A DNA stretch of 64,000 nt from Hormiphora californensis (Eukaryota; Animalia; Ctenophora): positions 1,488,001 to 1,552,000 of the forward strand of contig CM035354.1 in the NCBI GenBank assembly GCA_020137815.1, written 5' to 3'. The notes below the pieces were generated by a model that worked only from the letters and a program-made list of their open reading frames with translations, was not told where the DNA came from and searched no databases. Shown one piece after another: positions 39,301 through 51,045 of this stretch. Both the position numbers and the translations under genes were made by a program. Position 1 is the first letter of the stretch, and each line of letters starts with the position of its first letter.

Positions 39301-42300
39301 CACGTATGTGTCACGTGTGTGTCACGTGTGTGTCACGTGTGTGTCACGTGTGACTAATCAAGGTACCCGTACTTCTCTAAGAATGGAACCATGTGACTCA
39401 GATCAGCGGACACCACAACTTCCTTGGGCTCCAGCCCCTCTGGAAGTTCTCCTGCTTGCTTCTTCTCCAGGAGGAATCGGTATGCTGCCATCCGCAGATT
39501 CATCATCTCGCTAGCAGCAGGGCGAACCTGGGCAGAGTTTTTAGTTACCAGGGTTACCATGAGGTTTTTGGTTACCAGGGTTACTATATATGGAATAAGA
39601 ACCAGCTGATAAGCGCACCATGATGTCTCTCTAATTAATTATTTAATGAACTTACCGCATCGGGGTTGTTCTTCTTCAGCTCTTCGATTCTCAGAAGTTC
39701 TTGGAAGGAACGTTTGTTAATCATGGATTCCTGTGCTGAAACCTTCGTCTTGGGGACTGTTTCTGATCTCGCGGATGCCACAGTTAACTCTAAAATGGGA
39801 TGTAATGCATCAAAATATATTTTATGAAGGATTGAAGGATCTCACTAGTAGTCGTAGTAGTAGTGAGCCAGTAGTGAACCAGTTAACTCACCGCTAGCAC
39901 TTTTAATGTTGGCAGATTGCACCCTCTCAATTTTCATTTCACCCTCAGCAACAGACGGCGGGCTCTTCAATTTGGTAACTACCCCTGCAGATGACAGTTC
40001 AATGAAATATATCGGGTGAATTTTAATGGATATGAATAAACGGTTAGTTTGGGCATAAGTTGATACATGACGTCACGCCCCTCTGCGTGTTCCTAAAAAA
40101 TGAAGTTTTGCTGCGGGGGCTGTCTGGCACGTGGCGCCTACAGACCCCGATTCGACAGTGCACTCAGATGGGGTCCCCCGCGGCGCCAGACAGTGCCTGA
40201 TAGAAACGGCAGGTGTACTCACCGCTAGATGATGGTATATTCTTCACGTCGTTCCCTGGACTCTTTAACTCAGTGACTACCTCTGATGACAGGACTATTT
40301 TGGGAACAGCCAGCTGTGTCCCAGTTGTCCCAGTGGAGCGCCTCTTACTCTGGGAACCGGGAACTTGCAAAAACTGGGACTTTTGATGTTTTCTAGTGCT
40401 TCTCCTTTTCCTTCTTGATGGCCGTGATATCACACTGGCATCAGTGTCAGAGTTATCAGTGACAATCCTGTATCGTTTCTTCTTTCCACCCAGAGTCACA
40501 ATAGTCGTCCTCTTTTTGCCCTTTTTCACAGTAGATTTTATAATCTCATCCTCATCAGCCGTCAGCAGCTCGTCCTCCTCCCTTCCCGTCCTCCTTCTCC
40601 TCCTCCTTCCTAAACCACTGGGTTTCAGTTTAGCCCACACCCTGGCCCACACCCCCAGTCTCCACAGCATGAGGTTGAAGATGACAATGGTCACAGAGAG
40701 GACGACCAGGACCAACCCTGTGATACTGTGTGTCAGAGTCTTGCTGGGTAGGGTGTGGAAGAACTCAGGAAGGAGCTTGTTTTGTTGCGATCCAACATAG
40801 GCAGAGGTGTAGATGGTAGGGGTGGGTGTGTCCACCAGTCCTCGGACAAAGAGGACAAAGAAGGAGTTGCCAGGGAGGGGTCCGTTGTAGAAACCACCAA
40901 CGTGCTGAAAATGGGGGAAATATTATAATATAAAATCCCTTGTAAGGATATGAAAGCTTTCTGGTTGCAATCAGAGGTTTTAGTTGGGATATGTTAAAAC
41001 GTTTGGGAATGAACAATTGCAACATATGGTTGCGGAAGAATTGGTAAATAAATCTAAAACTCACATTACCGCCATTACCATATCTCCACCACAAGCTGTA
41101 AAACTCACATTTTTATCTCCAATGACAAGCTCCCAGGGGAGTTGATCCGCCCTGAATTTTGCCGCGATGTAGGGCTGATTTGACACGGGGGTTGAGGTAT
41201 AGGGTACTAGGTTGGTCCACGCCGCTGGATCGAGTTTAGTGAGTCGTGGTATCCCATCGTGATCCGTGTTCAACTTGACCACCACAATCTCGTAATAAGA
41301 GATGTTGCTGAATGTCTGGTCATAGGCAAAATCCAATGTGAACGAGCTTGTAGTCCGGGCTGAGAGAGCTCCGTAGAAATTAGTGAATTTGATGTTATCT
41401 GCCGCTGAAAGAACCTGCAGACCCGCTGCAGAGATCACAAACAAGACAACCCAAAACATGTTAACAACTGCACGTGCAGTATTGGGAGCTCTCCCTAGTG
41501 ATTTAGAGTAGAGGGAGACTCGCCAGATTAGCACGTGCAACTATACCTCTAACAGCTGCATAGAGCTACAGATACGAGCTGTGGTCAGTACTATAACCCC
41601 CCCCCCCCCAAGGTAGGGAGAGGTACGAGCTGTGGTCAGTACTAACCCCTCCTTCCTCCCCCACCACCCACCCACCCCTAGTCAGTACACTAACCCCAAC
41701 CCTCCTTCGCCCCAGGTAGGGAGAGGTACTAACCCCAACCCTCCTTCGCCCCAGGTAGGGAGAGGTACTAACCAGTAACCCCTCCTTCGCCCCAGGTAGG
41801 GAGAGGTACTAACCAGTAACCCCTCCTTCGCCCCAGGTAGGGAGAGGTACTAACCCCTCCTTCGCCCCAGGTAGGGAGAGGTACTAACCCCTCCTTCCTC
41901 CCCCACCACCCACCCACCCCCAGTCAGTACTAACCCCTCCCCTCCTTCCCCCAGGTAGGGAGAGGTACGAGCTGTGGTCAGCTGATCAGTACTATAACCC
42001 CTCCTTCCTCCCCCAGTCAGTACTAACCCCTCCTCCCCCCAGGTAGGGAGAGGTACGAGGGTCCCGAGATACTGTTCCAGCCCTCTTTGGTGGGATTAGA
42101 GAGTGACGGGTTGCATATGATGCTCTATGATTCCATTTCTAAATGTGATATCGACCTCAGGATGGATCTTTATAAAAACATCGTCCTATCAGGTAATAGC
42201 TGCTTGTAGTCGTATTACCGTAATGTAATAGCATTTGCTGTCTTAGGACGAAATTTCGCTGCCCACTTTGGTAGTGAGACAGTTATATACAGGTATTTAT

Positions 42301-43552
42301 GACATTTCTGTTGGATGACAGGCGTGGGATTAATCCTGCTAATCGTCATTCGTCATCCCTCTCCCCTCTCCTCTCCCCCTCCTCTAGGGCTCTTCGTGGG
42401 GAAAAATTCAAAAAAGAGCCCCCCTAGAACGATAGGCTAGACCTTTTTGTAAGCCATGATTGTTTGGAAATCACTTGTACTGCTTCCTGGAATTGGCGCC
42501 GACGCCGCGAAAAATCTCGTCGAAAACCGTTAAATTTCGAGAAATTTCGAGGGGGAGAGGGAGAGAGGGGAGGGGGAGAGGGAGAGAGGAGGGCCTCCTC
42601 TCTCCCTCCCCTCTCTCCCTCTCCCCCTCCTCTCCCCCTCCTCTCCGGCCCCTCCTCTCTAGGAGAATCTCTCAGAGGGGTAGATCTATAACTTGTCACG
42701 GGGGTAAATAGTATAAAGATTCCCTGCCAAGCCCTGAGACCTCAGGCCTCAGGGATAAATAGCCGTGACCTGAACCTGAGGCTGCTTTTCCCGACCGGTG
42801 CCCCAAGAAGATGTTCAAGAAATAAAATGATATTTAATTGACATGTCAGATTTTGACAAAAAGGTTTTTCCCATGGGAAATCCCAATGCCCCATGCCTGC
42901 GTTTTGAAATTTAAATGTATTTTTAACTTTAAAACGCAGGCACGGGGCAGTGGGGAAAATGACATGATTGATTTTCTTATAGCGATCTTTAAAGATCTTT
43001 AAAGAGTCGTGACCTAAACACTAAAGAGGTACCTGAAAATCAATCAATTTTCCATATAGCATTAAAATCAATAAACAGTTGAACCCCGATTTACCAGAAC
43101 CCCGATTTACCGGGAGGATAAACTTCTCCCGATGTAGCATAGGAAATTAACAACTTATTTGACCCAGATTTACCGAACGTTCGCCCGGTAAATCGGGGTG
43201 TTCGCAAACACCCTTTCCCCCGCTTCATAACCACGTTACCACTTCATGACTATACACCTGCTTCAGGAAGCTTCATAACTATACTACACGTGCCACTTCA
43301 TAACTAATTCACGTGTCTCCTTCAGGTGGTTGCAGCATGTTGCCCGGTCTCGGTTACAGATTGCGTAACGAGCTGGTTGCTATGGTACCGCGTTCCGTTG
43401 CCGTGGAGATAACTGAGTGGGAGCAGCGGGATTACATGGTGTGGAGAGGGGCCTCCATTCTCTCAGATTTACATAGCTTCTCATCACAGTGGATCAGTCA
43501 ACAGGAATACGATGAACATGGACCAAGGATTGTACATAGAAAGTGTCTTTAG
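33301..43552 (+). CDS. Divergent actin / actin-like protein, 9 exons, 370 aa
   Basis: Exons 33301-33328, 33649-33761, 37415-37516, 37584-37726, 37886-37992, 38204-38340, 38460-38565, 42043-42192 and 43326-43552 total 1113 nt in frame. Motifs: [72 protein letters not shown]. Confidence 0.95.
35223..35852. repeat. 21/24-bp minisatellite in actin intron 2
   Basis: Unit tagacgtacccagacgtactt with a tattat variant. It explains ORFs 35194..35871 and 35447..35962. Confidence 0.95.
35874..36206. mobile_element. hAT MITE
   Basis: TAGTGTCTGACTGTGGTCTGG...CCAGACCACAGTCAGACACTA with 8-bp TSD TAGCACAG. A degenerate relative lies at about 29030-29315. Confidence 0.85.
36432..36818 (+). CDS. Secreted orphan protein (128 aa) nested on the same strand in actin intron 2
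   Basis: ATG at 36432, signal peptide [20 protein letters not shown], an N-glycosylation sequon (NET), and a G/S/N/H-rich tail. The ORF is a GC-richer island in an AT-rich intron. Confidence 0.65.
   Translation: MPRVLLVVLVVLVTMVTVDAASNETSWWEHLKNSKNPKKYFPDPEDHMSGDEPAEGGAPLRVNEPSPLRVVRSSSRNKSGRNSGKTHLSNFGINAGEGSSNHGNNLGVGDQGNSKDASHASKHGSHIP
39354..41459 (-). CDS. Type I membrane protein (477 aa) with an R3 receptor-PTP juxtamembrane-like ectodomain and no phosphatase domain; nested antisense in actin intron 7
   Basis: Exons 41459-41109, 40904-40223, 39984-39892, 39789-39656 and 39527-39354 total 1434 nt with consistent phases. Signal peptide, then YYEIVVV...PYIAAKF...[11 protein letters not shown]|[12 protein letters not shown], then [21 protein letters not shown] and a basic cytoplasmic tail. 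Confidence 0.85.
41585..42058 (+). repeat. Tandem copies of the actin exon-8 acceptor and first exon bases
   Basis: Seven upstream copies of (tactaac)...ccccAG|GTAGGGAGAGGTAC precede the productive site at 42043. Confidence 0.85.
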
Positions 43553-43642
43553 ATAACGTGTCATGTTAATGGGGTTTATTGTGTGTGTGATTGTGAGTTT
43601 TTTACAAAACAAGAATTATTTCGTTTCACGTTTCAAGAAAAC

Positions 43643-44938
43643 TTATTGACAGAAAATAAAAACAACAAAAAACAAATGTACAAATAAAATTCCTGGAGTT
43701 GCCATGGTAGCACCTGATTTCTTGGTCTCGTCAAACAATGACATTGTGCTTGGTAGGGATAGCACGTGATCTAACCTCTCACATCTCACAGTGAACTCTA
43801 GTGCCTCCTTCACTCCTTGCAATGCAGTCTCTATAGGCTGGGCGGAGTACCTTTGGTAGGGTAGAACAGGGTTATTCAGTTGGGCCTGTTCATTAAACTG
43901 TACCGGATAGGAATTATCATATCCGGTATCCTGACTCCTCCCATTCCAACACCGCTGTGTGGCCTGCTCTGACAGACTACACGGCTCCTTATCAGGCCTG
44001 TTTAACACCCCTGACAACCCCTTGGAAACGGAATAATACTTCTTCTCCTGGAACAGATAGTTCCCACTGTCCCTGTACCCCCCTGAGAAGGGGTTGTCGG
44101 TTACACACTTATCCAGAGTGTCCAGACTCAGCTGCTGCTTCACACTGAACCTAATTCTGGACAAGGCCCCAAGTCTTGATATCATATTGAACTTCAGGGA
44201 CAGGTGGAGCCCATCCATTTTCCTCAACAACTCCTCGTATAGTGGGATGAGAGAGGTGACATCAGCAAAACACCCCCTAACAGTGTTGATACACGTACTT
44301 CTACATGCACGTGTAGCGGCTGTTTCCTCACTACACACAGGGCACATGATATTACCTAGATCTGGTTGAGTGGGAACCCCGCCCCTGATCACCTTCTGAT
44401 AGCACTCATCAGTCAGGTTGTGGTGCCTAACTGCTAACAATGTGTCCTCTATAGCAACTAGGTTCCTGTTGATAGCGTATATAGTGTTGGTAATGTTCAC
44501 AATGTCATTGAGGGTTGCATTCTCAATATTCTTCACATCCTCTGCTGTTAAACACTCTACCGGGTCCGGTACTAGTAGTCTGATGATGTAGTACAGTGCG
44601 TCTGTATAGGTCAGGTCTGCAAAGGGACGCTGACTGAAAGTAAAGTCATCCAACCCGGGTACAAAGTACAGAGGCATCATAGTGTGTGATTTGAACCTCT
44701 CCAGCAGGGTGTCTAGGTGCCCGTATGCAAGGGAGGGGAGGTCCATGGCCCGGGACAACATGGCCTGTTCGCTGGATGGGGCACAACATGAAGTAGACCC
44801 GGGACAGAGGGGGTTTAACCAGTAGACCTTGTGGGGCTCAATATAGGTGGAGTTGGGGTAGTGTTTGTTGGCGGTGTAGCATTTTGTGGAGAGGACTGGG
44901 TGGAGGAGGAGAAGGAGAAGGGAAATTACTGGGAACAT
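43643..44938 (-). CDS. Glypican-like GPI-anchored protein, intronless CDS, 431 aa
   Basis: Signal peptide MFPVISLLLLLLHPVLS. Glypican Cys pattern LCPGSTSCC, ECYQKV...MCPVC...ACRSTCINTVRGCFAD and CWNG. Hydrophobic C-terminal GPI-type signal. Confidence 0.8.
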   Translation of the reverse strand: MFPVISLLLLLLHPVLSTKCYTANKHYPNSTYIEPHKVYWLNPLCPGSTSCCAPSSEQAMLSRAMDLPSLAYGHLDTLLERFKSHTMMPLYFVPGLDDFTFSQRPFADLTYTDALYYIIRLLVPDPVECLTAEDVKNIENATLNDIVNITNTIYAINRNLVAIEDTLLAVRHHNLTDECYQKVIRGGVPTQPDLGNIMCPVCSEETAATRACRSTCINTVRGCFADVTSLIPLYEELLRKMDGLHLSLKFNMISRLGALSRIRFSVKQQLSLDTLDKCVTDNPFSGGYRDSGNYLFQEKKYYSVSKGLSGVLNRPDKEPCSLSEQATQRCWNGRSQDTGYDNSYPVQFNEQAQLNNPVLPYQRYSAQPIETALQGVKEALEFTVRCERLDHVLSLPSTMSLFDETKKSGATMATPGILFVHLFFVVFIFCQ

Positions 44939-45916
44939 ACTACATGTGCTGCAGTTATACCTGGGGATGTGCAGGGGATATATTAAATGTTTTAGAGCCC
45001 CCCGGGACGTGGTGAGAGAGGGCCGAGCAAGATAAATTAAATATCCTAACAGGCTTGAGTACAAAATAGGACATTTTTAAGTTAGCTCACAATCACAATT
45101 GAGAAACAACTATAGAGCTATCATGGCCGGCAATTGTACTGATATGTATGAAAACAATGGGGAAATAAAAGAACAATACATTGTGTGATGAAAGTGTCGT
45201 GGTACAAAATGAAAACAATTGCTAGGAGCTCTATTTTAAAAGACTTTTGAATAATAATAAAACAGTAAAAACACAACACTCGAGTCACACCCACAAGCAC
45301 GCTCTCACACCCGCTGCAGGCAGTCAGGCACGCTTGTCACACAATTATCGCTTGCTAGGTCCACTCAGTAGGGAAGGGACGTACTAATTAACAACTCGCA
45401 ATACAAACAAGCCATGGAACCCATAGAAGCTGCTGACAGGAGGAGGTCTTTGATGTGGCAGCACGGAGCTAAAAATGACTCAAACACACAGCAAACTCTC
45501 TTAATTGTGGGGTTAATTCAAGTGTGTGTTTGGGTAATTCTCACACACAGAGATATTTGTTTAGTTTCCAAACACAAGTTTTACTAAATTTTGTAGAGCC
45601 CGGCACGGGACAACAGAACACAAAACTATCTCACAGTTCTTGCCCCTGTAAAACTCTCTCTCACAGTTCTCGCCCCTGTAAAACTCTCTCTCACAGTTCT
45701 CGCCCCTGTATTCTGTGCATTGCTTCCTGCTGCTAGTGACAGGTTTTACGTAAAAATAAGCAAATTAGATAAACTAAAAACATACACACACGTGTTTAGC
45801 CCTTCTCTGAATCTACACGTGTAGAGCTGGTGGGCCCAGTGACAACTGTATTTCGGGCGCTCCACTGTCAAAGTGTAGTGTTTATACCGGGCCTCTCTCA
45901 GCTCTCTCCTCGCAGC

Positions 45917-46543
45917 TATAGACCCCGCTGGCTCGGATAGACGCACGGCGCGCTCAAACAATTTGCACTGGTCTATTGGGCCGTGCACTGCCGTGAGTCT
46001 GTGTCTCGATAGACGCACGCCCTCTGACAGATGTGTGTAAAGATCACAAAGAATCACTGGAAACACGATAAAATGACTTGGTAACACAAGAGGGAGTGTG
46101 TGTACAACCTACAACGCTCTCTGTCTAAATTTGGCGCCCGCCAGTCTGTTGCAACTGTTGCTCATGACCCACAATTAACTGTAATCTCTCTCTGCATTCC
46201 ACCCTTTGAAACTGTTACGACGATTGTTACGAGTGTGTAGGAATGTAGAGAGGCACTCTGTAGCTTCATTTCCAACTGTTTGACCCGTTTTGTGTGAGCT
46301 CTCTGTGTGTCAACCACCTAATTTGTGCTTGTTTTGCTTCTAGGTGTCCGCCAGCGGGGTCTATAGAACACAACTCCCTCCCTTGCGTGCAGATATACCT
46401 GTAAACCCCTCGCTGACGCTCGGGATTTACAGGGCTGTAATGCACGGTCCCTTCGGGACCCGTGCATTACAGCTCAATAGACGCACTGCTCTGCAGTGCG
46501 TCTATTGATTAGATGCCCGCGCGGGAGGGAGTTATGTACTATA
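45917..46543. mobile_element. Non-coding repeat family A with an internal end-junction complement and 3 hairpins, copy 1
   Basis: Left end TATAGACCCCGCTGGC and right end GGGAGGGAGTTATGTACTATA. Internal gccagcggggtcTATAgaacacaactccctccc at about 46350-46382. Paralog at 55909-56534. Confidence 0.7.
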
Positions 46544-46826
46544 TAGATTATGATAACCAGCACCACAAATCACCAATGGAAATCAGGCAAACGGCGCCCT
46601 TTGTAACAAAGTCACCCCTATGTTACTTCAGGAGCTCGAGCTGAGGGGTAATTTCATAAAGTTGACGGCACGGTCTCTAACCACATGGGGTAGAAGCGTT
46701 GGCTCAAAGAGTTGGTTAAATGCATAAGGAGCTGTCATTGTGATTCAAATATAGACTCAAGTACGTACTGTTAGTGTTCGAGTCTGCCCAAGTCATAATT
46801 ATCTTCATTTCCTTCCTCCTCATCTC

Positions 46827-46914
<88 letters not shown>

Positions 46915-47008
46915 TCTCTCTCTCACTCTCTCTTGCTCTCTCTTAATGGGTACTCGTTAGGCGGCATGCAGTGCAGTAGGCTCATTGTTACTCCATGGGA
47001 ACGACACG

Positions 47009-47192
47009 CTCCCATCACTTCCCTCGTATAGCGATTAGGACAGTTATGGCCGAGGGGTGACTGTCTGTAAAATGTAAATCACCTCCCATCACTTCCCTCG
47101 TATAGCGATTAGGACAGTTATGGCCGAGGGGTGACTGTCTGTAAAATGTAAATCACCTCCCATCACTTCCCTCGTATAGCGATTAGGACAGT
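47009..47192. repeat. 74-bp tandem repeat, about 2.5 copies
   Basis: Unit begins ctcccatcacttccctcgtatagcgattaggacagt. Confidence 0.85.
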
Positions 47193-48446
47193 GATCACTG
47201 CCTGTAACGACAGGTCGACAGAGCTATTAATTATTATAGCCAGGCCGATTTTCAAGTTCCATCCACCTATATTTTGACCTTAACCCTAACCGTAACGGTT
47301 CAAAATGCCACTAATAAATAGCACTTATAGAAAAGAAATGGGACGCGATCTGCAGGGATTACATTTGCATGTCGTGAGAAAACAATCCTAAGATTTACAA
47401 CTAGGCCTAGGATCAGGAGATACATATCTACCAAAGGATCGAACAAAATGATCCTGGAGTAGAGACTACTACTACTACCTGTCATCACTGTTTTATAGCA
47501 GCAATTTGACAATTTGTAGTACATGTTAGTACACGTGAGTCCGAGCTAAATGCACATGAGAGAAACACTCGATGGGTTCTGTAATCCTTCCTGTCCTCCC
47601 TGTCAGGCCAATGCTCTGACCACAGTTCGAAATGAGAATAGGGTCAGGTCAATGATCTGACAGTGCCCTCCTGTCTGGCGGCGCCGACCAGACCTGAGCG
47701 CACTGTGAGAATCGAAACGGGGCGACGCCAGACAGCTGGCTTCGTACGATTTTCCAGTGACACTATTATTATAGGGATAAGCAAAACATATTTTGAACTC
47801 TGCGCTAGATTTTACAAAACGTCAAAACGATACTTTGGTTACATCTACTACGGCAGATATCATCTTATCTAGTTTATTGACCAAATCGATGGTAAAGTCA
47901 TTCGAAATACGTCACAAAACCATAATTGAGATTTTGGTTAAGCGAGCTGTTTAAACCAAACTATCTTTACGAAGCAGGTATAGATTCTGTACGTGATTGT
48001 TCTGTTGTTAATTATAATTATAGAGGGTATGCAGCTAATTGTAGCTGTAGCGATGAGGCCGAAGAAGAATCAACTGAATGCATTATTGCATTAACATTGT
48101 TATATAGAAGAATCAAGATGGAGCTCAATGAAATGCAAAACTGTATAAAAATACAATTGTTATGTTCATCCGACTGTTCATCGCTGCAATTACAGCTGAA
48201 CCGCAATGATCCGCAGTTCTTACAACAACTGAAATCTCTGAATTTCGATGTAGCAGACATAAACAGGAAAATCCCGGATCCCCCATGCCACACCGTCACT
48301 GAAACCTTAGATCTCAGATCTCAGTGGAAAATAGCCAGGGCATGAACCTGAGGTTCAGGCACGACTGTTACCCCCATTATGAAGTCATTCTTGATATATG
48401 CAGTCAATTAGTCAAATCTTGTCGAGAAGCGTTTGGTATTACCAAT

Positions 48447-49044
48447 GGTAAGTAGGAAGAACGTGTCCGTTTGTCTCATGAGCGCTCATGAGTGTATCAT
48501 GAGTGTGTCATGAGTGTATCAGAGCGCTCATGAGACGTTTTTCGATGCTTCAACGTCTCATTGCATGAGCGCTCATGTGTGTCATCCCATCTGGTTCTAT
48601 GAGCGCTCATGATACATTTTTACCTACATATGCTCATGAGTGTATTACGAGACATCTCTCATGGGACGTTAGGGTTAGGATTAGGGTTGGGTTTAGGGTT
48701 GGGCTGTCTGGCGCCGCGACCCATCTGAGCGCACTGTCGTTTGAGAATCAAATGGGGTATGGCGCCGCCATACAGGGGTTGGGCTAGGGTTAGGGTTATT
48801 CCTTAAAGGTCTAGGGACCTGTAGAGGGTAGGGCTGTAGGTCTAATCCTGTGGGTTAACCCTAACCCTACCCCTACGGGTCCATAGGCCCAAGGGATAGC
48901 CCTAACCCTAAACCCAACCCTAATGTCTCATGATACACTCATAAGCACATGTTTCTCATGAGCGCTCATGATACACAGTGTATTACACTCATGACACACT
49001 TATGAGACAAACGCGTTTAAACGGACACGTTCTTCCGACTTACC
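48447..49044. mobile_element. TIR element with internal telomere-like TTAGGG/CCCTAA tracts
   Basis: TIR ggtaagtaggaagaacgtgtccgttt / aaacggacacgttcttccgacttacc, with catgagcgct subrepeats. The TSD is not resolved. Confidence 0.6.
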
Positions 49045-50062
49045 AAGCGGGTAAGTTATTGCAGCAAAAGATCAAATTAAAAACACAGAGATTTTGTTTG
49101 GTACAACTATTAGAAAAAACAACAATCTTAACTCATGCATTACAGATCATGAAAAAACACGGGAGTCAAAAATAAACTCTAGACAGCGCTGAATCACTGC
49201 GCTGGCAAGCGCAAAGGTGACCCCATCCATCCCCCGAAAAAAATTTTCCCCAAAAACGGCCCGCTTGCTCACAGCGTATATATAGTTATTTCATACTTTT
49301 AGGCCATTTTGGCACTTTTTGACATGCCATAACTCCCGAACCGGAAGAGCTAGGAAGCTGAAATTTTGTACTGAGAAGCTTCTTGTAGACCTCTATCGAT
49401 GGTAAAAATTTCAAGTGGCTAGCTCTTTTTGTTCAAAAGTTATAACACCACCCCCAAAACAGAAAATTCAGTGTGGGGATAACTAGGTTGATATATACAT
49501 ACATACATACATAGATGTATAGACGCTTTGTTACCTTCCGTTTGGTCCCAGTTTGAGACGAACCAGACATCGTACGACCTTAAACCAAGCGGCATTCGAC
49601 AGATAATTGTCTCGTGCATGTACCCATTTCAAACGCCTCTAGCACCCTGAAGACGTGTTCCGATTTCTGATTTGACGAAAAATCGTTACCGGCAAATCGT
49701 CTGAACTTTCAGATACTATATTGCGAATTTTCGTAGCTTATCGTTTTGAGCCCTTAAATCGCGTCGGAAGTCAAAAATTTGACGAAAAATTCAGCAAATT
49801 GAACGTTTTTCGAGCAAAAACTCCCTTTCCTAACCACTGTGGTCAATGAAACTTTACAAGCTCCTTTGGGGTACTGATTCAAAATATATCGTGATGCAAT
49901 TACGTCGTTACGACGTCACTAATTACGTCAAATGACGTCATTATGACGTCTAAAATACGATTTTCACAGAAATTCGTCTCGTTTCTAATATAACGCATCA
50001 TTTCGACAATATTACATCATGAAATAATGTCATGCTGCGATTAGAAACCAAAAAGGGACCTA

Positions 50063-50169
50063 AATTAAGCCAAAAACTAATTTAAATTAGTTGGCGGGAA
50101 AGGTGACCCACTTACACCTTTGCCTGCTGCCGGGATCAGGGATATAAGAGGTGAATACAATATGGAATA

Positions 50170-50245
<76 letters not shown>

Positions 50246-50264
50246 AGAGAGAGAATGAGAGAGA

Positions 50265-50359
<95 letters not shown>

Positions 50360-50530
50360 ACAGGGAGGAGAGAGAGAGGGATAGAACGAACAGGAATAAG
50401 TTACCCTCGAAAAATAAGGGATTGAGATACCGAGGGATAGAATGAGAGTTCGTGGTGATCCCGGCAGTTGCAAAAGGTGGAAGTGGGTCACCTTTCCCGC
50501 CAACTAATTTCAATTAGTTTTTGGCTTAAT
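50063..50530. repeat. Inverted-repeat element enclosing a (GA)n microsatellite
   Basis: attaagccaaaaactaatt...gttggcgggaaaggtgacccactt has its reverse complement at about 50481-50530. Confidence 0.7.
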
Positions 50531-51045
50531 ATATTGATAAAATATAGGCCTATAAACACAACGAAATAATACAGCTGTATTTAGGCCTATAAACCATTTT
50601 ATTCATCATCTTTTTATAATAAACTTCTTTCACTTCTTATACGTCTCTTACAAGATATAATATATACAGTCGACCCCGATCGTTACTTACTTAACGGGTA
50701 AATTACACCCCGATATGAACCGCGGATACCAGGCAAAATACTCTTCAGATTCCCGGAGAATTATACCCGGTAAATGGAGGTGTTTTGTAACACAACATTA
50801 TAAACTATTTTACAGCTCACGTTCAATGTTCTAACCATCAGAATTTCATTAAAATTTTTTAATCATTAAATTGTTCATCAACCAAAAACTGATTACTGCT
50901 GCACAGTGCACACACACAACAGCGTTCCCTATATTACATATTATAGTCTCTATAGCAGAACTCTACATAATATATCTCCGTCTGAGATAATATCTCGTGT
51001 GGTGTGAGATATTGAGATAATATCTCGTCCTGGTAGCCTGGTATT

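Noticed and set aside
47926-48345. 139-aa ORF
   Set aside because: Non-ATG start, no motif and no supporting splice structure.
50087-50513. SLSL/ERER ORFs (also at 11.8, 14.2, 33.1, 46.8 and 52.2 kb)
   Set aside because: They are (GA/CT)n microsatellites.
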